Positions 44,901-52,613 of a stretch of DNA of 64,000 nucleotides are shown piece after piece. The notes beneath the pieces are model-generated. The model saw only the letters and a list, made by a program, of their open reading frames with translations, was not told the DNA's origin and did no database searches. The position numbers and the translations under genes are program-made. The stretch lies in the NCBI GenBank assembly GCA_045805765.1, contig JBJMKN010000066.1:1377-65376 (forward strand), written 5' to 3'. The DNA is from Solirubrobacterales bacterium. Lineage in GTDB: Bacteria > Actinomycetota > Thermoleophilia > Solirubrobacterales > 70-9. The stretch's first letter is position 1; each line of letters begins with the position of its first letter.

Positions 44901-45406
44901 GGTCCCCCTCTCCGGACACATCTCGCCAATGGCTCGATGTTGAGTGTCCTGAGAGGGAGACCCCATCCCCCCGCTTGGTCGAGGCGTTGCTGGAGCCCGT
45001 CAGGCGGTGGATCGACTCGCCACTGCGCAAGGAGATAAGTGTTGGTGCGACCCGGGTGCGGGCGGAGGTGCCGCTTTTGATCGAGATCGGGGGCACGTTG
45101 CTGCGCGGGTCGATCGATCTGCTGGTCGAGCGCGAGGGGGCGCCGCCGCTCGTCCTCGACTACAAGACCGACCGGCTCGAGGGCGCCTCCCCGGCCGATC
45201 GCGCCACGCATTACGAGGTGCAGCGCTCGATCTACGCGCTGGCGGTGGCCGAGGCGCTGGCGGCGCCGGAGGTCGAGGTCGCCTACGTCTTCCTCGAGCG
45301 CCCGGACGAGCCCGCGCTCTCCGTCCTCGACGAGGACGAGATGGCGAACGCCCGCGCCGACCTGGAGGCCACGATCGCCGAGATCGCCGGCGACGAGGTC
45401 AGTTGA
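41957..45406 (+). CDS. addA: UvrD/PcrA-type helicase with C-terminal RecB-family nuclease, AddA/AdnB-like
   Basis: Real part of ORF 41231..45406. The GTG at 41957 overlaps the addB stop (GTGA). PTPEQAAAIAARGRDVLLEAGAGTGKTGVM (Walker A), ILVDEFQDTN, SGNFRSRPEV, TVHNAKGLEF, nuclease GSIDLLVE...LVLDYKTD...QRSIYALA. Confidence 0.85.
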   Translation: MSPEQLTAAPARQPTPEQAAAIAARGRDVLLEAGAGTGKTGVMVERYCRLVCDAGLSADSILAFTFTDKAAAELRQRIRVELGRRADRGSERAAAALAGIGSAWVTTIHGFCNRVLAAHPVAAGVDPGFRVLDAPEAARAAREAFDDALVEFLAEADTAREETVAAYDLEGLRAIIVNVHDELRSRGVADPKLPEPPQPDPEAALARLAEAAGECLAELKEGDAKRELPERALSLLGAPGATPELDELLALATTSKAKAMSAYKDAVEAAIAEVAAAGEGGVVYRHLAELLGLFSVRFAKAKERRAGIDFEDLQILAARLLERAEVGEHYRSRFRQILVDEFQDTNRLQLRLIEALRGPRTELVVVGDELQSIYGFRHADLEVFRRRRAEVDSRPDAELMQLSGNFRSRPEVIGAVNLFGETLLGAAYRPLRVGTPPPEGPPAGGEPAVELLLTARDGWDAEEIELEPAIDGATPINCLAEARFVAERLRELAETGVPRGEMVVLLRAFTHLDAYEDSLERAGLRPYVVGGRGYWSQQQVADVCALLAVLANPLDDHALFGALASPACGVAPDTLWLLRRAAGKRRHVWPAVERAAGAGEAEVAEPERLDEIPRPERELLRDFVATIGSLRERGPRLTLAALIEAVVTETGYDLAILSRPTGEARFANVRKMGRLAAEFESREGRDLRGFLDFLAARAESEAEAQAATAAEGHDGVRIMTVHNAKGLEFGVVAVPDLGRRLLNGNRSPLLAIGREEEPRLGLRLLRLGSPKIDLFDYGALCEESQDREAEEELRLFHVAATRAKEHLILSGVVNPNEGRETKGRAVVERLVEAFGVPRDAEAAVPVAPPAPRPGLDAEAAASEIAVRPNLPSPERAAELRTLRYESAGGRALGEGPPPLVERRAPGAARRPLSYTAIAAYKESLGEFFVEHAADPEPAAREQSLARGAAVHELLEWSQANGWAEPSEELVLRHALAAGGGMGSPSPDTSRQWLDVECPERETPSPRLVEALLEPVRRWIDSPLRKEISVGATRVRAEVPLLIEIGGTLLRGSIDLLVEREGAPPLVLDYKTDRLEGASPADRATHYEVQRSIYALAVAEALAAPEVEVAYVFLERPDEPALSVLDEDEMANARADLEATIAEIAGDEVS
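44891..44972. repeat. 82-nt near-perfect palindromic element inside the addA ORF
   Basis: The arms are GGGGGGATGGGGTCCCCCTCTC (44891-44912) and GAGAGGGAGACCCCATCCCCCC (44951-44972), complementary at 21/22 positions. The 38-nt spacer is itself partly self-complementary (GGACAC...GTGTCC). It lies in a locally lower-GC stretch. Confidence 0.85.
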
Positions 45407-45629
45407 CGCCGGGCGAGGCCTCGAGCTTCGCCGCGAGATCGTCGAGGCGCAGCTCCTTCAGCCCCTCGCCGACCTCGTCCAGCTCGGCCGCGCAGTAGTT
45501 GACCAGCTCCTTGCCCTCTTTGCAGAGGTCGAGGGTCTCGCGCAGGCCGGCCTGGCCGGAGTCGAGCCGGTCGATGATCTCCTCCAGCCGCTCCACCGCG
45601 GCCTCGTAGCTCTCAGGTCTCTCGCTCAA
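45399..45629 (-). CDS. xseB: Exodeoxyribonuclease VII small subunit
   Basis: ORF track. SYEAAVERLEEIIDRLDSGQAGLRETLDLCKEGKELVNYC is typical XseB. It converges on and overlaps the addA 3' end by 8 nt. Confidence 0.85.
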   Translation of the reverse strand: MSERPESYEAAVERLEEIIDRLDSGQAGLRETLDLCKEGKELVNYCAAELDEVGEGLKELRLDDLAAKLEASPGVN

Positions 45630-46947
45630 CGTCTCCCTCGGTTCTCGCCTGCACGCGCCCGTCGGCGAATCGAAGTTTGACCCCTGCGGCGGCGGCCGCG
45701 GCGGCGGCGCTCGTCACCGGCTCCCCCGCCTCGCCCTCGACGAGGGCGTAGCCGCGCTCAAGAGTGCGCTCCGGCTCGTGGGCGCGCAGCGTCACCATCG
45801 CCTGGCGCAGGGCTTCCCGGCGTTTCTCCAGATCGGGGCCGGCGGCGCGCAGTCGCGCCCGCTCGAGGACGACCGTCCCGATCCGCCGCTGCGAGCCGAC
45901 GCGCTCGGCCAGGCCGCGTTCGGAGGCGGCGCGGATCTCGCGGATCTTCTGGTTCAGCTTGCCGCGCTCGCGCTGCAGCGCCCGCGCCGGGCCCCGGGCG
46001 AGGTGCACGAGGTGCCGCGAGCGGACGTCGATCGCCCCCTCCCCCGCCCGCCGCAGCGCCAGCGCGCAGCGCTCGAGGCTCTCGCGCGCCGCCAGGCAGT
46101 CGAGCGGCACCGCCGCCTCGGCGGCGTGGGTCGGGGTCGAGCAGGCGACCGCGGCGACGTCATCGATCAGGGTGCTGTCGCGCTCGTGGCCGACGGCGCT
46201 GACGACCGGCACCCGCAGCATCGCCACGGTGCGGCAGAGCGTCTCGTCGCAGAAGGCCCAGAGGTCGGCGAGGCTGCCGCCGCCGCGGGTGACGACGATC
46301 GCCTCGACCTCCGGCCGCGCCGCCAGGTCCTGGATCGCCATCGCGATCGCCGGCGCCGCCCGCCGGTCCTGCACCGGCGCGAAGGCCCAGATCAGCTCCC
46401 CGGCCCAGCCGCGGCGCTCGAGGCCGGCGAGGAGGTCGCGCCGCGCGGCGCCGGTTTCGGCGGTGACGACGCCGATCGTCTTCGGCAGCCGCGGCCGCCG
46501 CAGCTGCTTCTGCAGCTCGAACAGGCCCTCGGAGCGCAGCTGCTTGCGCAGCGCCTCCAGCCGCGCGATCAGGTCGCCCTCGCCGGCGAGGCGGACGTCG
46601 GTGGCGCGGAAGCAGAAGCTCGGTGAGGCCTGGCCGCCGCCGGGGTAGTAGTCGGGGCCGCCGGCGATCACGACTTCGGCGCCGTCGCGCAGCGCCCCCT
46701 CCGTCAGCCCCGCCTTCTCGAGGTCGTTGAGCCAGATCGCACAGGGCACCGCGCCGTCGCCGTCGCGCAGCTCGAAGTAGGCCTGGACTTTGCTGCGGCC
46801 GACGCCGGTCACCTCGCCGATCAGCTGCACCCGCGCCCGCTTGCGCATCTCCTCCTGGAGCTTGCGCGCGTAGGCGCCGACGGCAAAGGGGCCGGGGTAC
46901 CCGATCCCGGCTTGCCCGGCCTGAGTCTGAGCGGGTCGCTCTTCCAC
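45613..46947 (-). CDS. xseA: Exodeoxyribonuclease VII large subunit
   Basis: ORF track. N-terminal OB fold (VQLIGEVTGVGRSKVQAYFELRDG), GVVTAETGAARRD, RGGGSLADLWAFCDE and VSAVGHERD. It overlaps xseB by 17 nt. Confidence 0.9.
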   Translation of the reverse strand: MEERPAQTQAGQAGIGYPGPFAVGAYARKLQEEMRKRARVQLIGEVTGVGRSKVQAYFELRDGDGAVPCAIWLNDLEKAGLTEGALRDGAEVVIAGGPDYYPGGGQASPSFCFRATDVRLAGEGDLIARLEALRKQLRSEGLFELQKQLRRPRLPKTIGVVTAETGAARRDLLAGLERRGWAGELIWAFAPVQDRRAAPAIAMAIQDLAARPEVEAIVVTRGGGSLADLWAFCDETLCRTVAMLRVPVVSAVGHERDSTLIDDVAAVACSTPTHAAEAAVPLDCLAARESLERCALALRRAGEGAIDVRSRHLVHLARGPARALQRERGKLNQKIREIRAASERGLAERVGSQRRIGTVVLERARLRAAGPDLEKRREALRQAMVTLRAHEPERTLERGYALVEGEAGEPVTSAAAAAAAAGVKLRFADGRVQARTEGDVERET

Positions 46948-46969
46948 TACAGGGAGGCTAGAGAGTGGC

Positions 46970-47314
46970 TCAGGCGGCTTTCTTCCACCTGCGAGCCCAT
47001 GACTTGAGCTCAGAGAGAACGGGGTCCAGCTCCTGTCCGGCCGCGGTCAGCGAGTAGATGACCCGCACCGGCGTCCCCGCCTCGACCTGCCGCTCCACCA
47101 GTCCCTCCTCCTCCAGCTCCCGCAACCGCTGCGAAAGCAGCCGGTCCGAGAGCCCGGGAATCGCCTTCCCAAGCTCGGCATACCGCTTCGCCCCATCGGT
47201 AAGCGCAAAAACGATCGCCCCCGTCCACCGCTTCCCAATCAACTCGATCGCATGGTGGAGGTGCGGGCAAACCGCCGCCCCACTCTGGGTCGTTACACCA
47301 ACTCGCTCCATCAA
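46970..47314 (-). CDS. HxlR-family winged-helix transcriptional regulator
   Basis: ORF track. CPHLHHAIELIGKRWTGAIVFAL...RYAELGKAIPGLSDRLLSQRLRELEEEGLVER. Confidence 0.85.
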   Translation of the reverse strand: MMERVGVTTQSGAAVCPHLHHAIELIGKRWTGAIVFALTDGAKRYAELGKAIPGLSDRLLSQRLRELEEEGLVERQVEAGTPVRVIYSLTAAGQELDPVLSELKSWARRWKKAA

Positions 47315-47369
47315 ATCCGAGCTTACAGAACGTAAGTGACGGGCCTATCGAGCCGATGGCCTCCCCCAC

Positions 47370-48515
47370 CTACCCCGTACAGGGCCCGGTATCGACCTCA
47401 TTCGAACCGGCCCGCCCCAGCGCCTCCCGCACCTGCTCAGCCGGAATCGCAAACCCCCCGGTCGGCCCGCTGGTGGTGGCCGCGAAGACCGTACCGACCG
47501 CGTTTCCCTGCGCGTCGACCAGCGGCCCGCCGGAGTTGCCGCTGCGCACGGTGCCGCTGATCGCCGTGATCGTGCGCTCGATCGGGCCGTTGCCGTAGGA
47601 GTCCTCGCTGATCGTCGCCCGGGTCTCGCCGAGCCGCGCCGGCGAGAGCTCATAGGGCCCGTTTTCGGGAAAGCCGAGCACGGCGGCGTCCCCGCCCACC
47701 TTGCGCTCCGAGCTGATCGGCAGCGAGGGCAGCGCCGTCCCCACCCGCAGCAAGGCCAGGTCCTGGCGCGGCTCGTAGTAGATCGGGCTGGCGTCGAGCT
47801 CGGCCCCGTCCTGGGTGGTGACCGTGGTGTCGTCGGCGCCGGCGACCACGTGGGCGTTGGTCACCACCACCCCCGGCTCGACCGCCCATCCCGACCCCTC
47901 GATCCCCAGCCCGCAGGCGGTGCTGAGGACGCGGACGACGGAGTCGCCGGCGTGGAGGACGTCGGGGTCGGAGGCGATCTTCGCGTCGGGCTGGGCCACC
48001 GGCGCCGCCGGCCCCAGCACCGTCGGCGCCGGGTCGACGCGGTCGAGCGCGTTCAGCAGCGGCCCGCTCGGCGGCAGCACGTCGTTGAGGCTGCGCAGGA
48101 TCAGCGACTGCTGGATGTCGGCGCGCAGCTGCGCGGTCGACGGCGCGTGCAGGAGGACGGCGCCGAAGACCCAGGCGAGGCCGAGCGCGACCGAGGCGAT
48201 CAGGGCGGCGCCGCCGGCTCCGTCGGCAGCCTGCATGAAGGGCCGGCGGACGACCTTTTCGCGCAGGCCGAGGGCGAAGCTCTCGACCGTCACCGCCATC
48301 AGCGCCCCGACCAGCAGCGCTCCCAGGGCGGCGCAGAGGGGCGCGTAGGGCGAGTGCGACCCCTTGGTCAGCAGCAGCGGCGCGATCCTGCTGCCGGCGA
48401 GGGCGCCGGCGCCGAAGCCGACGAGGGTGAGCGCGCCGACGATCAACCCCTGCCGGTAGCCCCACAGGGCGAGGGCAAAGGTGAAGGCCAGGATCGCCCA
48501 GTCAAGAACGGTCAC
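47370..48515 (-). CDS. marP: MarP-type membrane serine protease (CvpA-like TM domain + trypsin-like S1 domain)
   Basis: ORF track. The N-terminal CvpA-like TM region is MTVLDWAILAFTFALALWGYRQGLIVG. The catalytic triad contexts are TNAHVVAG, DLALLRV and GNSGGPLVD. Confidence 0.85.
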   Translation of the reverse strand: MTVLDWAILAFTFALALWGYRQGLIVGALTLVGFGAGALAGSRIAPLLLTKGSHSPYAPLCAALGALLVGALMAVTVESFALGLREKVVRRPFMQAADGAGGAALIASVALGLAWVFGAVLLHAPSTAQLRADIQQSLILRSLNDVLPPSGPLLNALDRVDPAPTVLGPAAPVAQPDAKIASDPDVLHAGDSVVRVLSTACGLGIEGSGWAVEPGVVVTNAHVVAGADDTTVTTQDGAELDASPIYYEPRQDLALLRVGTALPSLPISSERKVGGDAAVLGFPENGPYELSPARLGETRATISEDSYGNGPIERTITAISGTVRSGNSGGPLVDAQGNAVGTVFAATTSGPTGGFAIPAEQVREALGRAGSNEVDTGPCTG

Positions 48516-48561
48516 CCGGTGAATAGAAGCATGCCGCCAGGCCCTCCTTTACCTTTGCGCG

Positions 48562-50295
48562 GTGAGCTCGATCCCCACCGAGGCGGAGCGTCGCCGCCGC
48601 CTCCTCACCCGCACCCTCCCTCTCGCGCTCGTCGCCTTGATCGCATTCGTGGTCGGCGTCGGCAAGGGATCATCGGGATCGCCGGAGACCGAAGCCGCCG
48701 AGCGCTTCGCCAAGGCCTGGGAGGCGAAGAACTTCAAGGCGATGTACGCGGAGCTGAACGAAGCCTCGCGGGCGCAGGTCAGCCGCAAGGAGTTCGAAGC
48801 CGCCTACCGCGACGCCCAGGAGGTGGCGACGGCGCGGGCGATCGACACCGGCTCCGTCGGAGACGCCGAGGAGACGAGCGCCGGCAAGGTCGTCCCGGTC
48901 GAGGTGACGGTCGCGACGGTCGCCTTCGGGGCGGTCGAAGAGGAGCTGCAGGTCCCCTACGCCGACGACGGGATCGAATGGGCGCCGAACCTCGCCTTTC
49001 CCGGGCTCGGCGCAGGCGAGGAGCTCGCCGCCGACGTCGAGCTCGCCGAACGGGCGCCGATCCTCGCCCGCGACGGCACCGCTCTGGCCGAAGGGCCGGC
49101 CGAAGAACGCGAACACCCGATCGGCAGTGCCGCGATCGACGTCACCGGCGAAGTCGGCGAAGCCTCCGAAGAAGACCTCGCAAGCCTCTCCCGACACGGC
49201 TTCCCGCCGGAAACCCCGGTCGGCATCAGCGGCCTCGAGCGCGCCTTCAACACGCGGCTGGCGGGCAAGCCCGGCGGCTCGCTGCTGGCCGTCGCCGCAG
49301 ACGGCTCCGACGTCCGCACTCTGGCGAAGTCGAAGCCGCAGTCGGGCGCGCCGGTGAAGACGACGATCGATCCCGACCTGCAGGAGGTGGCGGTCTCAGC
49401 CTTGGCGGGGCGGTCCGGCGGCGTCGCCGTCCTCGACGCGCGCAAAGGCGACGTGCGGGCGCTGGCGGGCCAGGCCTTCTCCGCCCCCCAGCCGCCCGGC
49501 TCCACCTTCAAGGTCGTGACCACGACCGCGGCGCTGGAAGCGGGCGAGGTCAGCCTCGACGACGAATTCGAAATCAGCGACGGCGTCAACGTCGGCGGCC
49601 GCTTCCTCAACAACGCCAACGGCGAGTACTGCGGCGGCACCTTCCGCGAATCCTTCGCGGAGTCGTGCAACGCGGTCTTCGCCCCCCTCGGGCCGGCGGT
49701 CGGCAACGACAAGCTGGTCGAGACCGCCGAGGCCTTCGGCTTCAACTCGCCGCCGACGCTGTACTCGCCGCAGACGATCGCCGAAGTCGACCCCGAGGAA
49801 TCGACGATCCCGACCGAGATCGGCGAAGAAATCGACCTCGGCGTCTCGGCGATCGGGCAGGGAGAAGTGCTGGCGACGCCGCTGGAGATGGCGAGCGTCG
49901 CGCAAACGGTCGCCAACGACGGGGTGCGGCTGCCGAACTCGATCGTCGCCAACAAGAAGCTGCGGCCGGACGCCGAGCCGGTGCAGGTGATGTCGGAGAA
50001 GACGGCCGAGGAGCTGACCGAACTGATGATCGGCGTCGTCGTCGAAGGGACCGGCACCGCCGGAGCGATCCCCGACGCCCAGGTCGCGGGAAAGACGGGA
50101 ACCGCCGAGCTCGGGCCGAAGCCCGGCGAAGAGGACTCCGACAACCCGGTCCAGATCAAGGACGCCTGGTTCACCGCCTTCGCGCCGGCCGAAAAGCCGC
50201 GGCTGGCGGTCGGTGTCCTGCTGATCGAAGCCGAAGCGGCGGGCGGCGAAGTCGCGGCCCCGATCGCCTCGGAAGTGCTCGCCGCCGGGCTCTAG
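48562..50295 (+). CDS. Class B penicillin-binding protein (NTF2-like/MecA_N domain + transpeptidase)
   Basis: ORF track with a GTG start and a TM anchor (LPLALVALIAFVVGVG). FAKAWEAKNFKAMY (NTF2-like), and the SxxK (STFK), SxN (SCN) and KTG (KTGT) motifs. Confidence 0.85.
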   Translation: MSSIPTEAERRRRLLTRTLPLALVALIAFVVGVGKGSSGSPETEAAERFAKAWEAKNFKAMYAELNEASRAQVSRKEFEAAYRDAQEVATARAIDTGSVGDAEETSAGKVVPVEVTVATVAFGAVEEELQVPYADDGIEWAPNLAFPGLGAGEELAADVELAERAPILARDGTALAEGPAEEREHPIGSAAIDVTGEVGEASEEDLASLSRHGFPPETPVGISGLERAFNTRLAGKPGGSLLAVAADGSDVRTLAKSKPQSGAPVKTTIDPDLQEVAVSALAGRSGGVAVLDARKGDVRALAGQAFSAPQPPGSTFKVVTTTAALEAGEVSLDDEFEISDGVNVGGRFLNNANGEYCGGTFRESFAESCNAVFAPLGPAVGNDKLVETAEAFGFNSPPTLYSPQTIAEVDPEESTIPTEIGEEIDLGVSAIGQGEVLATPLEMASVAQTVANDGVRLPNSIVANKKLRPDAEPVQVMSEKTAEELTELMIGVVVEGTGTAGAIPDAQVAGKTGTAELGPKPGEEDSDNPVQIKDAWFTAFAPAEKPRLAVGVLLIEAEAAGGEVAAPIASEVLAAGL

Positions 50296-50306
50296 AGGAA
50301 GCGGGC

Positions 50307-50861
50307 CTAGAGGTCCAGCGTCACTTCGGCGCCCTCCTCACCCTCTTCACCGGGGATGTGGAGGGTGAGCGGCCGGTTCTCAGAGGCCGATTCGGGCAGC
50401 AGGAAGATCGCCAGCGCGCCCTCGATCGGCCCGAGCTGGGCGGGGGTGTCGAGGGGCGGGATCTGTTCTTCGGCTTCGACTTCGCCGTTGAACTCGAGGG
50501 CGAAGACGCTGTCGCTTTCCATCACCTCGAACTCGTTGTCGTCGATGTCGGTGATCGTCAGCGTCGAGGGCAGCACCTGCGCCTCGTCGCTTTCGTTCTG
50601 GACTTCGAAGAAGACGCCGAAGTAGCTTTCGCCTTTCGGCGCTTCCGGCTGGCCGACCAGGTAGGCGGCGTCCTCGTTGTCGTTCGGGTTCAGGTACCGC
50701 GAGAAGGTGACGTTGTACTTGAGCTCACCGAGCTCGACCGACTGGCCCTCGTCTACCTCCTTCGAGGTGCTCTCGTAGCCGCAGGCGGAGACCCCGCCGA
50801 CAAGCAGGAGCAGCGCCAGGAGCGCGAACAGCGACAGCAGTGGGCGGCGGTGCTGGGACAT
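50307..50861 (-). CDS. Lipoprotein, DUF4352-like Ig-fold domain (assignment from memory)
   Basis: ORF track. Lipobox LLLLVGGVSAC, then LGELKYNVTFSRYL...YFGVFFEVQNESDEAQVLP. Confidence 0.65.
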   Translation of the reverse strand: MSQHRRPLLSLFALLALLLLVGGVSACGYESTSKEVDEGQSVELGELKYNVTFSRYLNPNDNEDAAYLVGQPEAPKGESYFGVFFEVQNESDEAQVLPSTLTITDIDDNEFEVMESDSVFALEFNGEVEAEEQIPPLDTPAQLGPIEGALAIFLLPESASENRPLTLHIPGEEGEEGAEVTLDL

Positions 50862-50885
50862 CGGCGGCGCGGAGTCTATATAGGA

Positions 50886-51401
50886 CTAGGGGATGCCCGT
50901 CGCGTACCGGTTGCCGCCGGCGACGGCGATCCGCTGCGGCAGGGCCTCGTCGGACTCGAGCTCATCGCGGAGGCGGCGCAGCGCCTCGCGCCAGCCGCGC
51001 GCCTGCCAGACCGAGCCGAGGCTGAGCAGCTCAAGGCCGCGATCACCTGGGCGCGGCTCGGTCCAATGCGACACCCGCACCGCGGTGAGGCCGCCGGAAG
51101 CCTCTTTCAGCTCCCAGACGGTGTGATTCGGGATGCGGTTGCCGCGCCCGCCCCGCCCCGCCTCGACGATCCGGAAAGGCTCCTCGAGCGAGGTGATGCA
51201 GGTGTCCATCCAGACGCTGCGCAGCGGCCCCCTGGCACGGAAGCGGGCCCCGGCACCGACCCCTGCGGGCTCGATCCGGGTGAGGTGGAAGCCCGTGAGG
51301 AAGTGGTCGGTGAAGGACGGGCGCCGCGCCAGGTCGGCAAGGAAGGCGAAGACCCGCTCGCGGGGCGAATCGATTTCGATTTCGGCGCTGATCGGTCCCA
51401 T
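50886..51401 (-). CDS. SRPBCC (START/polyketide cyclase-like) superfamily protein
   Basis: ORF 50886..51449. ATG 51401 (MGPISAEIEIDSPRERVFAFLADLARRPSFTDHF) matches the typical family N-terminus. A TAGAAT hexamer at 51412-51417 lies 10 nt upstream of that ATG. Confidence 0.7.
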   Translation of the reverse strand: MGPISAEIEIDSPRERVFAFLADLARRPSFTDHFLTGFHLTRIEPAGVGAGARFRARGPLRSVWMDTCITSLEEPFRIVEAGRGGRGNRIPNHTVWELKEASGGLTAVRVSHWTEPRPGDRGLELLSLGSVWQARGWREALRRLRDELESDEALPQRIAVAGGNRYATGIP

Positions 51402-51571
51402 CGGAGCGCGGATTCTATGTCTCCAGCTCCCGGGTGACCGCTTCGACAATTTTGAGTGACAGGGGTTTGGGGCCGGACTAGTATCGATCGTAACCAGCCA
51501 GGAAGGAGAGTTTTCCCATTTTCAACAGTGCCGGCACCAGCTCGGCCGGCGAGGCATACGCCACCGGCTCC

Positions 51572-52087
51572 GTGCCCGGAGAGGGCACTTACTTCTGCCT
51601 CGTCTGCGGCACCCAGCTGAGCCTGCGAGAGACCGAGCAACTGCCAGGCTGTCCCCACTGCGGCGCCTCGCGCTTCCGCCGTGACTCGATCTTCTCGGCC
51701 CTGCAGGAGCACGGCTTGCCCACCGTCGAATTCGCCCTCGGGGGCGAGCGCGAGGCTCCGGTCTGGCTGGAGGAAGCACGGGCGCAGCTGACGGCGGCGG
51801 GCTACCACCTGGTCGGCCGCGAGCGCGGCGAGATCGTCAGCTTCCAGCTCGCGGAGGGCTGGTCCCGGATCGGCCGCTGCGCCGGCGCGGAGGTCTGCCT
51901 CGACGACCCCAGCGTCTCCCGCCGCCATGCGATGGTCACAGTCGAGCAGGGAAGGTCGCCAAGGGTCCTCGACGACCGCAGCCTCAACGGCGTCCTCGTC
52001 AACGGCCGCCAGGTCGACGTCACCGAGCTCTACCCCGGCGACGAGCTGACGATCGGCCGCTACCGCCTCTACCTGCTCCAGGTCTGA
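51572..52087 (+). CDS. Zinc-ribbon + FHA domain protein
   Basis: ORF track. The zinc ribbon is CLVCGTQL...CPHCG. The FHA domain is IGRCAGAEVCLDDPSVSRRHAMVTVE...DDRSLNGVLVNGRQV...GDELTIGRYRLYL. The start is uncertain (see findings). Confidence 0.8.
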   Translation: MPGEGTYFCLVCGTQLSLRETEQLPGCPHCGASRFRRDSIFSALQEHGLPTVEFALGGEREAPVWLEEARAQLTAAGYHLVGRERGEIVSFQLAEGWSRIGRCAGAEVCLDDPSVSRRHAMVTVEQGRSPRVLDDRSLNGVLVNGRQVDVTELYPGDELTIGRYRLYLLQV

Positions 52088-52139
52088 CGCGAAACCGCAA
52101 AAACCCTTCCTCAAGAAGGAATTTTGCGGTTTCGGCGTC
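52086..52139. terminator. Long compound hairpin after the FHA gene
   Basis: GACGC-GAAACCGCAAAA ... TTTTGCGGTTTCGGCGTC (one bulge), with an inner stem CCTTC-ctcaa-GAAGG. It starts at the FHA stop codon. Confidence 0.55.
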
Positions 52140-52180
52140 CCGCTACCTTTTCCGGCCACCCCCGCTCCTACGATGCGGTC

Positions 52181-52612
52181 GTGAGCACGCCCCCAGACGA
52201 CCCTGGCCGCCCCTCAGGCGAGGAGGCGATATCGGCCTCCGCAGAGCGGGCCCGCGCCGAGCTCCACGCCGAGATCGAACGCGTCCGCCGCGGCGTCGAG
52301 CAGATGCTCGACGAGCAGAGCACCCCGCTCAACAGCGACATCCGCCGCGAGCTGGACACGATCCAGGAGGACCTCCGCCGCTACGTCAAGGCCCGCATCC
52401 GCAAATCCCAAAAGCGCACCGACCGCCGCGTCGGCCGCCTCGAGGACCGCACCGAGATTCTCGAGAAGCGCATGGACAGCATCGACGCCGAGCGCCGCCT
52501 AGCCGAATGGCGCATCCACTCCGACACCGAGCGCATGCTGGACGGCCTCCTGCAGGAGGTGCGTGGGATAGCGGACCGGCTGGAGGGGAAGCCCCCTCCA
52601 GCGGCCCTCTGA
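52181..52612 (+). CDS. Hypothetical coiled-coil protein
   Basis: ORF 52124..52612. The start was moved to the in-frame GTG 52181 because 52124-52139 lies inside the hairpin. The sequence is helical and charged (AELHAEIERVRRGVEQMLDE...RLEDRTEILEKRMDSIDAERR). Confidence 0.45.
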   Translation: MSTPPDDPGRPSGEEAISASAERARAELHAEIERVRRGVEQMLDEQSTPLNSDIRRELDTIQEDLRRYVKARIRKSQKRTDRRVGRLEDRTEILEKRMDSIDAERRLAEWRIHSDTERMLDGLLQEVRGIADRLEGKPPPAAL

Positions 52613-52613
52613 A

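Noticed and set aside
39426-45211. 813-aa and 1109-aa minus-strand ORFs opposite addB/addA, plus several 100-330-aa R/P-rich ORFs in the same area
   Set aside because: They are antisense to helicase-nuclease genes with clear Walker, UvrD and RecB motifs. No motifs of their own.
47850-51437. 1195-aa plus-strand ORF crossing marP, the PBP, the lipoprotein and the SRPBCC gene
   Set aside because: It has no recognisable motifs and is R/G/D/P-rich. It overlaps four well-supported genes on both strands. High-GC artefact.
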